Of a stretch of 64,000 nt of DNA, positions 40,617 to 50,366 are shown piece by piece. The stretch is from an archaeon GW2011_AR15 (GTDB taxonomy: Archaea > Nanobdellota > Nanobdellia > Woesearchaeales > GW2011-AR15). Position numbers and translations under genes: made by a program. The notes beneath the pieces were generated by a model. It saw nothing but the letters and a program-made list of their open reading frames with translations, was not told where the DNA came from and did not search any database. Location of the stretch: positions 1 through 64,000 of the forward strand of contig CP010425.1 of NCBI GenBank assembly GCA_000830295.1, in the 5' to 3' direction. Numbering within the stretch: position 1 is the stretch's first letter; every line of letters begins with the position of its first letter.

Positions 40617-42665
40617 CTATACAGTGCATACGCTGAAGCCGCAGTCCGGACATAGCACACACCCTTCCTGCTTGACAAGAGGCGCATCGCATTCCGGGCA
40701 GTTGGTCATCTGCTTTTTGTCGAAACTCACCATGATTTTGCCTTCCGGCACCTTGTCATGCGCGGTTTTTCCTGACGATTCCACAACTATCACCTGTTCA
40801 GGCATCCCTTCAACTTCCAGCTCTTCTGTCTGGACAACTATTGTTTCCTCGGTCTCGACAACAACAGGCTCCGCTGAGCTCCTGGCCTCCTTCTTGACCT
40901 CTTTTATGTTCAGCACCTGGTTGCCCCTGCTTCCGTCCCTGTAGACTGTGCATCCCTTGCAGCCTGTCTTCCAGGCAAGCATGTATCCTTTCTTGACGTC
41001 ATCTATGGTTGCGCTTGTGGCGAAATTGATCGTCTTTGAGACTGCGTTTGTCACATATTTCTGGAATGCTGCCTGCATAAGTATGTGCTCCTCAGCTGAT
41101 ATGTTGAAAGAAACCTCAAACACTTTTTTCACATCTTCAGGGACTTCATCCAGGCCGTCAAGCGTTCCCTGCTCTGCAATCTTTTTCATAAGCTCTTCAG
41201 TATAGAATCCCCTTTCCCTGGCAACCCTCTCGAAGTGCTTATTCACGTAAGTGAACTGCTCTTTTATTGAATGGCTGTTCTTTATGTAGGCAAGGGCAAA
41301 GTTGGGCTCGCATCCTCCGCTTGTATCCCCGACCATGCTGAGCGTCCCTGTCGGAGCAATTGCTGTTATGGCGCAGTTCCTAACTCTCCTGCCCTCTTTT
41401 TCAAATTCGCTGCCTTTCCATGCGGGAAAAACTTCCCTTTCCCTTGCAAGCTCTTCTGACATCTTCCAGCCTTCCTCATCAATAACTCTCATGACTTCTG
41501 AAGCCACCATCCTGCCTTCCTCGCTTGAATAGGGAAGCCCGAGCTGGTAGAGAAGGTCTGCAAATCCCAATACTCCAAGACCTATGCGCCTTGTCTTCTT
41601 GGCCATCCTGGTTATCTTCTCTGTAGGGTATTCCCCCGCATCTATGACATTGTCCAGGAAATGGATTGCTGTCCTGGTTGTCTTCCTGAGCTTATTCCAG
41701 TCAATCTCAATCCTGCCGTTGACTTTCCTGACCATCCTGTCAAGGTTTATTGAGCCGAGGTTGCATACCTCATAATCAAGAAGCCATATTTCCGCACAGG
41801 GATTTGTAGCCTTGAATAAGCCAATGTGCTTGATTTTATTGTGCCTGTTTGCTGTGTCTATGAAAAGCACGCCCGGCTCCCCTGTCTTCCAGGCGTGATA
41901 TGCAATTTTGTTAAAGAGCTCTTTTGCCCTTACTGTTCTGGCAACCTGCATTGTGTGCGGATCTATGAGATCATACTCACCGTCAGCCTCGACTGCTTTC
42001 ATGAATTTGTCGTCAAGCATGACTGAGATATTGAAATTTGTAAGCTGGGTAAGGTCATCCTTTGCTGTTATGAAATGCTCAATGTCAGGGTGGCTGATGT
42101 GGAATGTCCCCATCTGGGCCCCTCTCCTGTTGCCCTGCATTATTGTGCTGCACATTACATCAAATACCCTCATGAATGACAGTGGGCCTGAAGCAATCCC
42201 GCTGCATCCTGAAACCCATGAGCCGCCCGGCCTGAGTGTTGAGAAGCAGTATCCGACCCCGCCCCCCCTTTTCTGGATAAGCGCTGCCTCCTTGACTGCC
42301 TGGAATATGCCTTCCATGCTGTCCTCAACAGGGATTACAAAGCAGTTCGCAAGATTCTTTACAGGTGTGCCTGCATTTGCGATTGTCCTCCCGCCAGGGA
42401 TGAACTCAAGCTTTGTAAGCATGTCAAGAAATTCTTTTTCTGTCTTTTCAACTTCCCCGTCTGGCCTGTACACTGCGTCCGGGCCTGCAATCTCCTTTGC
42501 TATTCTTTCGAACATGTCCAGAGGGGTCTCTACGACAGTCCCGTCTGCGTCCCTTTTCAGGTATTTTGCAAATATTATCCTAAGCTGGTTCTCGTTCAGC
42601 CCCAGTTTTTCTTCTTCACTGATGCTTTCCATAAATGTTTTGTAATCCTGCATTTTTCCGCTCAC
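40617..42665 (-). CDS. nrdJ: Adenosylcobalamin-dependent ribonucleotide reductase (class II)
   Basis: ANCFV, TNPCAE, VCNLGSINL, IAPTGT and a C-terminal Cys cluster. Confidence 0.95.
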   Translation of the reverse strand: MSGKMQDYKTFMESISEEEKLGLNENQLRIIFAKYLKRDADGTVVETPLDMFERIAKEIAGPDAVYRPDGEVEKTEKEFLDMLTKLEFIPGGRTIANAGTPVKNLANCFVIPVEDSMEGIFQAVKEAALIQKRGGGVGYCFSTLRPGGSWVSGCSGIASGPLSFMRVFDVMCSTIMQGNRRGAQMGTFHISHPDIEHFITAKDDLTQLTNFNISVMLDDKFMKAVEADGEYDLIDPHTMQVARTVRAKELFNKIAYHAWKTGEPGVLFIDTANRHNKIKHIGLFKATNPCAEIWLLDYEVCNLGSINLDRMVRKVNGRIEIDWNKLRKTTRTAIHFLDNVIDAGEYPTEKITRMAKKTRRIGLGVLGFADLLYQLGLPYSSEEGRMVASEVMRVIDEEGWKMSEELAREREVFPAWKGSEFEKEGRRVRNCAITAIAPTGTLSMVGDTSGGCEPNFALAYIKNSHSIKEQFTYVNKHFERVARERGFYTEELMKKIAEQGTLDGLDEVPEDVKKVFEVSFNISAEEHILMQAAFQKYVTNAVSKTINFATSATIDDVKKGYMLAWKTGCKGCTVYRDGSRGNQVLNIKEVKKEARSSAEPVVVETEETIVVQTEELEVEGMPEQVIVVESSGKTAHDKVPEGKIMVSFDKKQMTNCPECDAPLVKQEGCVLCPDCGFSVCTV

Positions 42666-42704
42666 CGTTCTCTTTAGTTTTTGTTATCCTTGAAATATAC
42701 AAAC

Positions 42705-42752
42705 ACACAATATGTTGTGTCCCAACATATGAGAATCTACAATATGTTGTGT
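42705..42752. promoter_or_regulatory. Tandem NrdR-box-like operators
   Basis: ACACAATATGTTGTGT (42705-42720) and CTACAATATGTTGTGT (42737-42752), 32 bp apart, upstream of nrdJ. Confidence 0.8.
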
Positions 42753-42827
42753 ATCATAATTAAGTAGGAAAATTAGTATTTAAACATTCCTACAAATGAA
42801 AATAGATAATGAAAAATATATTTTTAG

Positions 42828-43130
42828 TCATTTCTTTTTCCTGTGGCCTTGCTCAAGATGCTGCTTTATGGCATCCCTGAGAAGCTTTATCTCAAGCATA
42901 TGCTCAGACTGCAGCATTGCAAGCTCCTCCTTCATGTTCTCTGATATCGCTGTCTGTATGACCACAAAGAGCAGCAGCATCCAGATGAACAGGGCTCCGA
43001 GCCTGACCCATGCAAGTATTGTCCCTGCCTGTTCTGCAAGGAATATGAGGTATAAGCCGATGAATATAAGCGCCATCCCTGCCGGAAGCAGCAGCTTCTC
43101 GAATAGATTTATTTTCCTGTTGCTAAACAT
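42828..43130 (-). CDS. Small 2-TM membrane protein
   Basis: Two hydrophobic segments followed by a coiled tail. Confidence 0.7.
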   Translation of the reverse strand: MFSNRKINLFEKLLLPAGMALIFIGLYLIFLAEQAGTILAWVRLGALFIWMLLLFVVIQTAISENMKEELAMLQSEHMLEIKLLRDAIKQHLEQGHRKKK

Positions 43131-43146
43131 TGATAACCACCCCTTT

Positions 43147-44025
43147 TTATCTGAACTGGACTGATGGGTTCAGGTTTATAAAATTTTCTTTCCCCATGCC
43201 AGAAAAAATAATGTCAAGGAATCCTTTCTTCTCTTCCAGCTCAAAAGCAGAGACTGTTATGTTATGCCTGGACGCTACAAAATCCAGCACATCCTTCCTT
43301 GTGCCCAGCTCATCAACCAGGCCGAGGTCTTTTGCTTCGCTTCCGAGGAAAATCTGGCCTGTTGCAAGCCTCCTTACGCTGATAACGCTCATGTTCCTGT
43401 TCTCTGCGACTTCCTTTATGAAGAACTCATTCATCTTGTATATTATATCCTGGAATATCCTCCTCTCCTCTTCACTGGGCTCTTTGAAAGATGAGCCCAT
43501 GTCCTTGAGCTCGCCTGAGACATACCTCTGGTAGGTTATGTTGTATTCCTCGAGGAATCCGGAAAAGTCAAGGTAGGAGCCTATCACTCCTATGCTTCCT
43601 GTCAATGACATCCTGTTTGCATACACATAGTCTGTCGAGCTCGCGACCCAGTATGCTGCGCTTGTTCCCATATCCCTTATCAGGGCGATTGTTGTCCTGT
43701 TGGCTGATTTTATCCTCTGGGCTATCTCATCAGCAGCAACCCCTGAGCCGCCCGGTGAGTTTATGTCAAATATTATCGCCTTTACACCCATGCCCTCTGC
43801 CTTGTCTATGGCTGCTATTACTGCCTGGCTGGAGATTGTGTCGCCTGTCAGGCCGCTGCTCTCCTCTACGCCTATGACTCCGTGTATCGGGATTATGGCA
43901 ACATTACCTGTCCCAAGGCTCATATCAGGGCCGAACAGGAAGGATGTTGCAAAGCTTATAATCCAGAGTATCAAAAGTATCTTCAGGACCGGGAGTATCT
44001 TTTCCTTAAGGCCAGTTCCTATCAT
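43147..44025 (-). CDS. sppA: Signal peptide peptidase SppA (S49)
   Basis: INSPGGS, SAAYWVAS, GSIGV and GLVDELG. Confidence 0.93.
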   Translation of the reverse strand: MIGTGLKEKILPVLKILLILWIISFATSFLFGPDMSLGTGNVAIIPIHGVIGVEESSGLTGDTISSQAVIAAIDKAEGMGVKAIIFDINSPGGSGVAADEIAQRIKSANRTTIALIRDMGTSAAYWVASSTDYVYANRMSLTGSIGVIGSYLDFSGFLEEYNITYQRYVSGELKDMGSSFKEPSEEERRIFQDIIYKMNEFFIKEVAENRNMSVISVRRLATGQIFLGSEAKDLGLVDELGTRKDVLDFVASRHNITVSAFELEEKKGFLDIIFSGMGKENFINLNPSVQFR

Positions 44026-44516
44026 ATTGAGATCTCCTCTATGATTTTTGTTTTTGTCAGCCTGTCTGAAAGCCTGCTGCCTGTTATGAAAAGGTATGCG
44101 GGGTCTGCTATCCAGAGCAGCCACAAGGGAAAAACAGGGAAGCATGCAAGATTCCTTATTGCCACATTGAGAAAAGTTATCCTCTCTTTTTTCTCGGTCT
44201 GGAGCTTCAGCCTCATTATCATCTTCCCGGGCGTCTGGCCGAACTTCAGCTCGAATATCACAAAATATGCAAACACCAGAAGGAACATGACAGCAAATGC
44301 GGGAATCAGGGAATTTATTGCATCAGGATTTGCCGCGATATAATTATAGTTCTGCGTGAAATCCCGGCTCGTGGGAATAACCCTCTGCACAACCCCTGAA
44401 TACGGCATGAAAATCACGAACTGGATAATCAGGATATCAATGGCAAAAGACAATGTGCGCTTCCATGCAGGAGCGTTTGCAGTCATTACCCTTTTCTTGG
44501 GAAGATTCAGGTCCAT
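44022..44516 (-). CDS. RDD family membrane protein
   Basis: WKR..SFAID, GQTPGK and RLSD. Confidence 0.88.
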   Translation of the reverse strand: MDLNLPKKRVMTANAPAWKRTLSFAIDILIIQFVIFMPYSGVVQRVIPTSRDFTQNYNYIAANPDAINSLIPAFAVMFLLVFAYFVIFELKFGQTPGKMIMRLKLQTEKKERITFLNVAIRNLACFPVFPLWLLWIADPAYLFITGSRLSDRLTKTKIIEEISI

Positions 44517-44551
44517 CAGCCCTGTTAATTGGAAGTGGTTTAAATTGTTTT

Positions 44552-45208
44552 CTAAAGAACTGTGCCAAGATCCACCATGGGCTTTGCTGTCCTTTTCGTG
44601 TCATCCCACCCTATTCTGGGGCAGGCTGTATTGACCCAGACATCGACAAAAGGGAAATCCTCTAACTTGTCAAACTCAATGGTGTCAAATGCAATATAGT
44701 AGAAATTTTTTTCAGGATATTTTTCTTTTAGTTTTAATGCCTGCTGGAGATAGCTCTGGCCTGATTTTGTGCTCACCAGAACCCCGATGTTCTCTTTCAT
44801 CAGGAAGCTGGAGTAGGCTGCTTTCTGCCTCTTCACTTCTTTTTCCATCAGGGATTTTGTCACAACAGAATATTTTTTGTCCACAGGATTCCAGATGTGA
44901 ACATGCTGCTCATTTCCCAGCACAAGCGCCTTTGGATGGAACAATCCGTCTCCGACATAGAGGAATGCATCCACCCCGTCAAATTTCTCAAGGTTGCACC
45001 CGTATATCTGGCCCGGCTGCTTTGTGTGCTTGCCTTTCAGCAGCTTCACTGTCCTGCCTGTCTTTTCTATATCTTTTTTTATTGATTCAAGCGAGTCAAT
45101 GAACTGCACTGTGAAGAACAGCCCTATTGTCTGCGGGAGCTTTTCTATCACGGATTTCGGCACTTTTATTATGCCGTCGTATTTTGCCTCGATAAAAAGG
45201 AATTTCAT
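44552..45208 (-). CDS. Diphthamide synthesis protein, Dph2-like (short form)
   Basis: TVQF, GQIYGC, GDGLFHP, STKSGQ and TACPR. Confidence 0.85.
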   Translation of the reverse strand: MKFLFIEAKYDGIIKVPKSVIEKLPQTIGLFFTVQFIDSLESIKKDIEKTGRTVKLLKGKHTKQPGQIYGCNLEKFDGVDAFLYVGDGLFHPKALVLGNEQHVHIWNPVDKKYSVVTKSLMEKEVKRQKAAYSSFLMKENIGVLVSTKSGQSYLQQALKLKEKYPEKNFYYIAFDTIEFDKLEDFPFVDVWVNTACPRIGWDDTKRTAKPMVDLGTVL

Positions 45209-45249
45209 GATGGGAAGAAACAAAAGTTAGTTTAAAAAAGCTTTCAAAA

Positions 45250-45732
45250 TCAGGGCTTGAGCCCTGTAAGCTCATAGATTACTGCCTGGGGCTCTGCATA
45301 AAAAAGATAATATGCCCAGAACTTAAAGCCGTCAAAATCTTCTGGCATCGCTCTGCTTGTCAGCTCATATCCCCAGTCTGTATGCCCGTCTGCTATATGG
45401 TAAATCTCATGCTTGAGGTCTGAAACTGTTCCTGATACGGGGATTATAATTGTATACTCTTTTTCAGCTGATTTCCATGAGCATGATACTGTGGCATATC
45501 CATAGCATCCGTAAATATAGTCTGAATTGAAGATGGCATTGATAAAAATATCTTCGCCTATCTCCAGACTGGCTCTTTCTTCACCTAATAGTTGCTCAAG
45601 CTGGCCCTGTGATTTGATTTCCGGGGAATTTAAGCTGGCAAGTTTGCTAAACCCCACAAGGGACCCTACATATAAAATACCTCCTGCTAATGTAACTCCT
45701 ATTGCTCTCATTGCCGATTTAATTAAGCTCAT
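45250..45732 (-). CDS. Hypothetical membrane-anchored protein with HExxH motif
   Basis: N-terminal TM; LKHEIYH. Confidence 0.6.
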   Translation of the reverse strand: MSLIKSAMRAIGVTLAGGILYVGSLVGFSKLASLNSPEIKSQGQLEQLLGEERASLEIGEDIFINAIFNSDYIYGCYGYATVSCSWKSAEKEYTIIIPVSGTVSDLKHEIYHIADGHTDWGYELTSRAMPEDFDGFKFWAYYLFYAEPQAVIYELTGLKP

Positions 45733-45785
45733 CAGCCCTGAAAGAAAAAAGTTATTTATAAATTTAACAGAAGATTCTGATAGAC

Positions 45786-46733
45786 TTATTCATCCTGTAT
45801 AAAAGTAACAATCTTGGTTATGTCCCCTATATGGGAGAGCATGTTAAAAATATCTATTGTCAGCCGGGTTGAGCTTGCGCTCTGGCTTTTCTTGTCATAA
45901 TCCTCTATTTTTTTCATGAGCGCCTCGCGCTTTATAGATGCCTCAATCGCGTCCTTTGTGGAGTTTGAATAAAATGCATTCATGACTTCCACATAAAATG
46001 CGCTGATCTCGGTGAAAAGGCTGAGGAAATCCCCATGCTCTGATTTTTTGAGCCCTGATACTTCACTGGCAATGTATTTTATCCTGTCCCCGATTTTTTC
46101 AAGCATCATGTTGAGCTCCCAGTACTTCATTATATTCAGCCTTTCAAGGTTCAGGGATTCCTGGACATCCCTTCTCGCCTGGGCGGATTTGAGAATCTTT
46201 ATAACTACATAGTGCAGCTTATTGAGTTCCCTGTCCCTGTCCCCGATTGCAAGCAGGAGTTCTTTGTCATCAACGGACTTTGTATCTGCAATCATAGACC
46301 TGACAATGTTATCCATCCGCCTCATGAGGACCTGGAGGTCAATGTCATGTATATTCAGGAAGCTTCTTGCGGTTATTTTTTTTGCTTCTTCCTCAACCAC
46401 TTCAAGGGCTATGAACTCCGCTATCCTTTTCTTATAACTCTTTATTTTCTTCGGGAGCGTCTCTCCTTTCAGGACTATGTGCATGTAATCATTCAGGTAG
46501 GCGCAGGTAATCTCGCGGAAGATAAAATCAAGTGGCTTGTTGTCCACATCAATAGTCTTTACCCTGTCGCTGATGCCCTTTTTCTTAATATCTGCCGTCA
46601 GCCTGAGATAATTATCAATTTCCTCAATATATATCTCATCCCCGCCTTTCATAGAATTATCTTTTATCCAGCTTTTCGGCAGGGCGACTACCAGAGAAGA
46701 GAGCCCGCTTTTTACAAGTTTCCTGATATACAT
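45786..46733 (-). CDS. AbrB-PhoU phosphate uptake regulator family protein
   Basis: RKLVKSG.SSLVVALPKSW and LEKIGD; start placed at MYIRK. Confidence 0.85.
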   Translation of the reverse strand: MYIRKLVKSGLSSLVVALPKSWIKDNSMKGGDEIYIEEIDNYLRLTADIKKKGISDRVKTIDVDNKPLDFIFREITCAYLNDYMHIVLKGETLPKKIKSYKKRIAEFIALEVVEEEAKKITARSFLNIHDIDLQVLMRRMDNIVRSMIADTKSVDDKELLLAIGDRDRELNKLHYVVIKILKSAQARRDVQESLNLERLNIMKYWELNMMLEKIGDRIKYIASEVSGLKKSEHGDFLSLFTEISAFYVEVMNAFYSNSTKDAIEASIKREALMKKIEDYDKKSQSASSTRLTIDIFNMLSHIGDITKIVTFIQDE

Positions 46734-46779
46734 GCTTTTGAAATACATATTTGTATATATATAATTTTTGAATAACCTC

Positions 46780-47766
46780 CTAACTATAAAACCATTCTGG
46801 ATGCACCCTGCCTTCGCCGGCATAATCTTTTCTGAAGGACTCCAGCACATTGACTGCCCTTCCAAGCTTGTCTCCGTCAAGACAGAGCTCATCGCACAAT
46901 AGCATTTTCCTGTAGCCTATATCATATATCCATGAAAGCTCTGACAAGTCTGCAGCTGCAGGGACAGGATGATTGATTACAGAAAGGAGCATCCTTGAAC
47001 CGATAACTGCTTCAGGGTCCTTTGCGATAATCAGTTTCATGGCTTCCATCATATGATGCGGCTTGTCAATTTCCACATAAAGGTCTCCTCGGGCTGCGCA
47101 GAGATAGACGTTTTTCTGCTTCCTATACTCGTTCATTACATACTGGAGGCCTTTTTTGCTCTCAATCTTCAGCACAATTTCGGAATCCCCGACTATCTCC
47201 CTGAACTGGTCAACATCTTTCTGGGATTCGACAAATGAAAGGTAATACCTGTCAAACCCCGCTGCTTTTGCCTTCTCTATTTTTTCTATCTCATAGTCAA
47301 GGAAAGTCGGACCTATCATATTATAGCTCGGATCTTTTATGTGCAGCGACTCTCCCCTATAGACCATGTACTGCGACCCGCCTTCAAAGACGAGCCTCTT
47401 CCCGCCTTCAATCCTGTTCAGCAGCGCATAATCCTCTCCTCCTTTAAAGAGGACCATCGTAGGCGTCCTGGCTTCAATAGGGTGGTTGAGTATAACTTCA
47501 AGATGGTCATTGTTCGGGACCACTTCCATCACCCTGAGCTGCCTTCCCTTTATATCAAAATAAAGAGGGACATGCCCGGCAAGCGCCTGGGCATCCTTCA
47601 GCTCTGTCCCTATCTCTGCTGCCTTGATCATGGCTGTGTTCAGTCTTATCCCTGCAAGCCTCTCATCAGTTGCAAATTTCCGGAAATGGGGGAACGTGGG
47701 CCAGAGCGTCACAAGCAGCTCCAGGTCCCTCTCCTTCTTAAATAAGTGATTTAGATAATTCCTCAT
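46780..47766 (-). CDS. Pyruvate kinase-like protein lacking the C-terminal domain
   Basis: RLN, DIKG.QLR, LSFV, KIES and ARGDL. Confidence 0.75.
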   Translation of the reverse strand: MRNYLNHLFKKERDLELLVTLWPTFPHFRKFATDERLAGIRLNTAMIKAAEIGTELKDAQALAGHVPLYFDIKGRQLRVMEVVPNNDHLEVILNHPIEARTPTMVLFKGGEDYALLNRIEGGKRLVFEGGSQYMVYRGESLHIKDPSYNMIGPTFLDYEIEKIEKAKAAGFDRYYLSFVESQKDVDQFREIVGDSEIVLKIESKKGLQYVMNEYRKQKNVYLCAARGDLYVEIDKPHHMMEAMKLIIAKDPEAVIGSRMLLSVINHPVPAAADLSELSWIYDIGYRKMLLCDELCLDGDKLGRAVNVLESFRKDYAGEGRVHPEWFYS

Positions 47767-48709
47767 TTCCGTCCCTCTGCATCACTGACTTTCCTGCATC
47801 CTTCCCCTTTATTTTGTCCGGAAGAAGATGGACATCGTGCAGCGACTTGTACACTGTCTTTACCTGGTTTGGCTTCTGCCTCCCTTCAAGCTCTCCCTTA
47901 AAGTAATCTACCCTGCCTGTTTCCTTTGCGAGGATGCCGAATATCACATCGACTACCCTGCCTGCTTCAGGAAGGTTGCAGATATGGTCTGCCCCAAGCA
48001 GCCCCTCCCACTGGGCATAAACTTTTTTGTCCTCGGAACTCATGGAATCTCCTGATGAGACATTATACGGCTTCCTGACAAGATATACAGAGTATTTGTT
48101 CTGGAGCTCGCTGAGCATCTGATTTGATGAGAGCCTGCCCTCGATGTTCTGGCCGCAGATGTCTTTTGCCTGGTCTTTATCGACAAAATCGTAAAGCCCT
48201 TCATCCCCTATGAATATTAATATCGGGCTCACTGCATTTGGCATGCTGACATTCCTTGAATAATACATTGCCGCCAGGTCATAGCTTTCCATAATCTGCC
48301 CGCCCCCGCCGCCTTCAATCACAAGCTCTTTCAGCCTGTCCGCCAGCTCTGTGCCTTTTGTAAAAGGCCTTACCTGCAGAGGATAATTATCTGAGTATGC
48401 ATCCCCTACTGCTGCAAAGCTTATCTCCATGTCCTTGCCGAGATATTCCTGGCCTTCGAGCTCAAGATACGGCAGTTTTGAAAATATTACTGCGGGCCAC
48501 TCCCCCATCGAGCCTGTCACATCAGATATTATCACCAGCGGGGTTGTGCTGCTGGTGCTTATGTTTTTCGGGAGCACGTCCTCCAAAGATTTGTTGCTCT
48601 TGAGGGCGCTGTCATAGCTCCTTCCGACATGCACGTCGTATACTTTTCTTGCCTTGCCAAAATCATAACCCTTCCAAGGCCCCGGGTCAAAATCTCCTGC
48701 TTCGCTCAT
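47738..48709 (-). CDS. von Willebrand factor A domain protein
   Basis: MIDAS DVTGSM, GGGG..ESY and FIGDE. Confidence 0.8.
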   Translation of the reverse strand: MSEAGDFDPGPWKGYDFGKARKVYDVHVGRSYDSALKSNKSLEDVLPKNISTSSTTPLVIISDVTGSMGEWPAVIFSKLPYLELEGQEYLGKDMEISFAAVGDAYSDNYPLQVRPFTKGTELADRLKELVIEGGGGGQIMESYDLAAMYYSRNVSMPNAVSPILIFIGDEGLYDFVDKDQAKDICGQNIEGRLSSNQMLSELQNKYSVYLVRKPYNVSSGDSMSSEDKKVYAQWEGLLGADHICNLPEAGRVVDVIFGILAKETGRVDYFKGELEGRQKPNQVKTVYKSLHDVHLLPDKIKGKDAGKSVMQRDGNEELSKSLI

Positions 48710-48721
48710 TTTTCCTACCTC

Positions 48722-49729
48722 CTAGAAGCCCGGTATGGGCTTCATGCCTGATCTCCTTCTTCCGAATTCTTTCTGCCTTATGTTTGAAATTGTTTCTGCC
48801 AGGTCCTCTTTTCTCCAGTTCGGCCTCTGGATGACGTCCCTGACAATAAGCTTCTTTATGAAATCGCAGAGTGAATCGGGAACATCAGCAGGGACTCTTC
48901 TCGTCAGCGGGTCGCCGCCAAGGGCATACAGCATGGTCATCCCCAGGCTGTAAAAGTCTGACTCTGGGACAAGCGGCTTGCCTGATATCTGCTCAGGAGA
49001 GGCAAACATTGGTGTATATCCCTTGCTGGATGAATTCTCAGAAGGCCTTATCAGAGAAAGGCCGTAATCAACAAGCACAACCATGTGGGAGTCAGGCTGG
49101 ACAATGAAGTTCTGGGGCTTCACATCGCCGTGCACAACACCGTTGTAATGAAGGTATTTCAGGGCATTAAGCGACCTTTCAGTTATCCATGCGACATTTT
49201 CAGGGTCCAGCTTCTTGTTTTTTTCTATTATCCTGCCAAGAGTAGGGCCCGGGACATAGCTCATCACAAGCACAGGCGAGCCGTCCTCCAGTTTGAAAAA
49301 GTCCCTCATAGTAGGGATGCTGTAGTGCCTCAGGTCCCAGATGGATGCTGCCTCTTCCATCAGTATCCTCTCATCCTGCGGGGAAACATAATGGCCGTGC
49401 TTGAGGCATACGGGAGCGCCAAGCATCACATGCTCCCCGTAATATGTTTTTCCAAATCCTCCGTCTGCAATTTCCTTTATCACCCTGTAATCTTTTATTA
49501 TCTTGCCCTCTAGAGAAGACCTGTCCCTGTCATAATCTGCCCTGCTGGCAGGATTAAGCAGCGTGCCGCTTGCCTCATTGAGAAGCTGGGCAATATCGCC
49601 TTTCCCTTCATTTACATCAGGGTGGTAGAGCTTCATCAGGACTTTGTATGCTGCAGAAATAACCTCGGGCCTGGCTCTTGGGCTGACTTCCAGAACATCA
49701 TAGTAGTTGACTTTTGTACCTGGTTTCAT
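48722..49729 (-). CDS. J-domain / Ser-Thr protein kinase fusion
   Basis: YY.VL...YHPD J-domain; GGFG, HGDVKPQN, DYG and ASPE kinase motifs. Confidence 0.9.
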   Translation of the reverse strand: MKPGTKVNYYDVLEVSPRARPEVISAAYKVLMKLYHPDVNEGKGDIAQLLNEASGTLLNPASRADYDRDRSSLEGKIIKDYRVIKEIADGGFGKTYYGEHVMLGAPVCLKHGHYVSPQDERILMEEAASIWDLRHYSIPTMRDFFKLEDGSPVLVMSYVPGPTLGRIIEKNKKLDPENVAWITERSLNALKYLHYNGVVHGDVKPQNFIVQPDSHMVVLVDYGLSLIRPSENSSSKGYTPMFASPEQISGKPLVPESDFYSLGMTMLYALGGDPLTRRVPADVPDSLCDFIKKLIVRDVIQRPNWRKEDLAETISNIRQKEFGRRRSGMKPIPGF

Positions 49730-49838
49730 AGCATAATAGATGGAAAGCAAAAAATATATATTTAACGTACTTATTTAAAGTTTAATATGTTTTGTATATA
49801 CTTAAGGTTTATTAAAAGAAAGCAAAATCCCGGATATC

Positions 49839-50282
49839 CTACATCTTTTCCTTTGCAAAGAAATATCTTGCCCTTTGCAGGCTTTCTCCTTTAATCTGGG
49901 AAATGTAAAATCCCTGCTCCAGGAAGCAAAGCATAGGATGATAGTCAAGAAAAAAATCACTTACCTTCATCTTATCGCCAGAGTCCTTCCACATAACCCT
50001 TGCTACCGGCTTCTGGAGCCCGTCCCCATATTCAGCTCTTTGCGCAGTCGGCGAAAGCATGTATGCTATTGTATAAACTCCCGGGTTGGAGTCCTGCTCT
50101 TCCCAGAGAGTCTCCTCCTGCCCTGATCCTGTCCCATAATAAAGATGAAACACCGGATTTTCTGAAAAATATTTCTGCAGCTCCACAAGAATCCCATGTT
50201 CCGGGACTTCCCATTCCCTGAGTGCAGGGATCGAAAGCATAATTTCTTCCAGTTTCTTGTCCATTGCTTTTTTTTCTGGCAT
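49839..50282 (-). CDS. Hypothetical protein
   Basis: 147-aa ORF. Confidence 0.55.
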   Translation of the reverse strand: MPEKKAMDKKLEEIMLSIPALREWEVPEHGILVELQKYFSENPVFHLYYGTGSGQEETLWEEQDSNPGVYTIAYMLSPTAQRAEYGDGLQKPVARVMWKDSGDKMKVSDFFLDYHPMLCFLEQGFYISQIKGESLQRARYFFAKEKM

Positions 50283-50366
50283 TAATACTAGTAGGCATAA
50301 TTTATATTTAAATGCTTCCCAGACCGAACATTTTTTATATCATGACGGCTATAAGAGTATAAAAAG

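Noticed and set aside
46734-46892. Long upstream extensions in the ORF track for PhoU, SppA, MsrB, cupredoxin and Dph6
   Set aside because: They overlap neighbouring genes or promoters; family homology starts at later Met codons.
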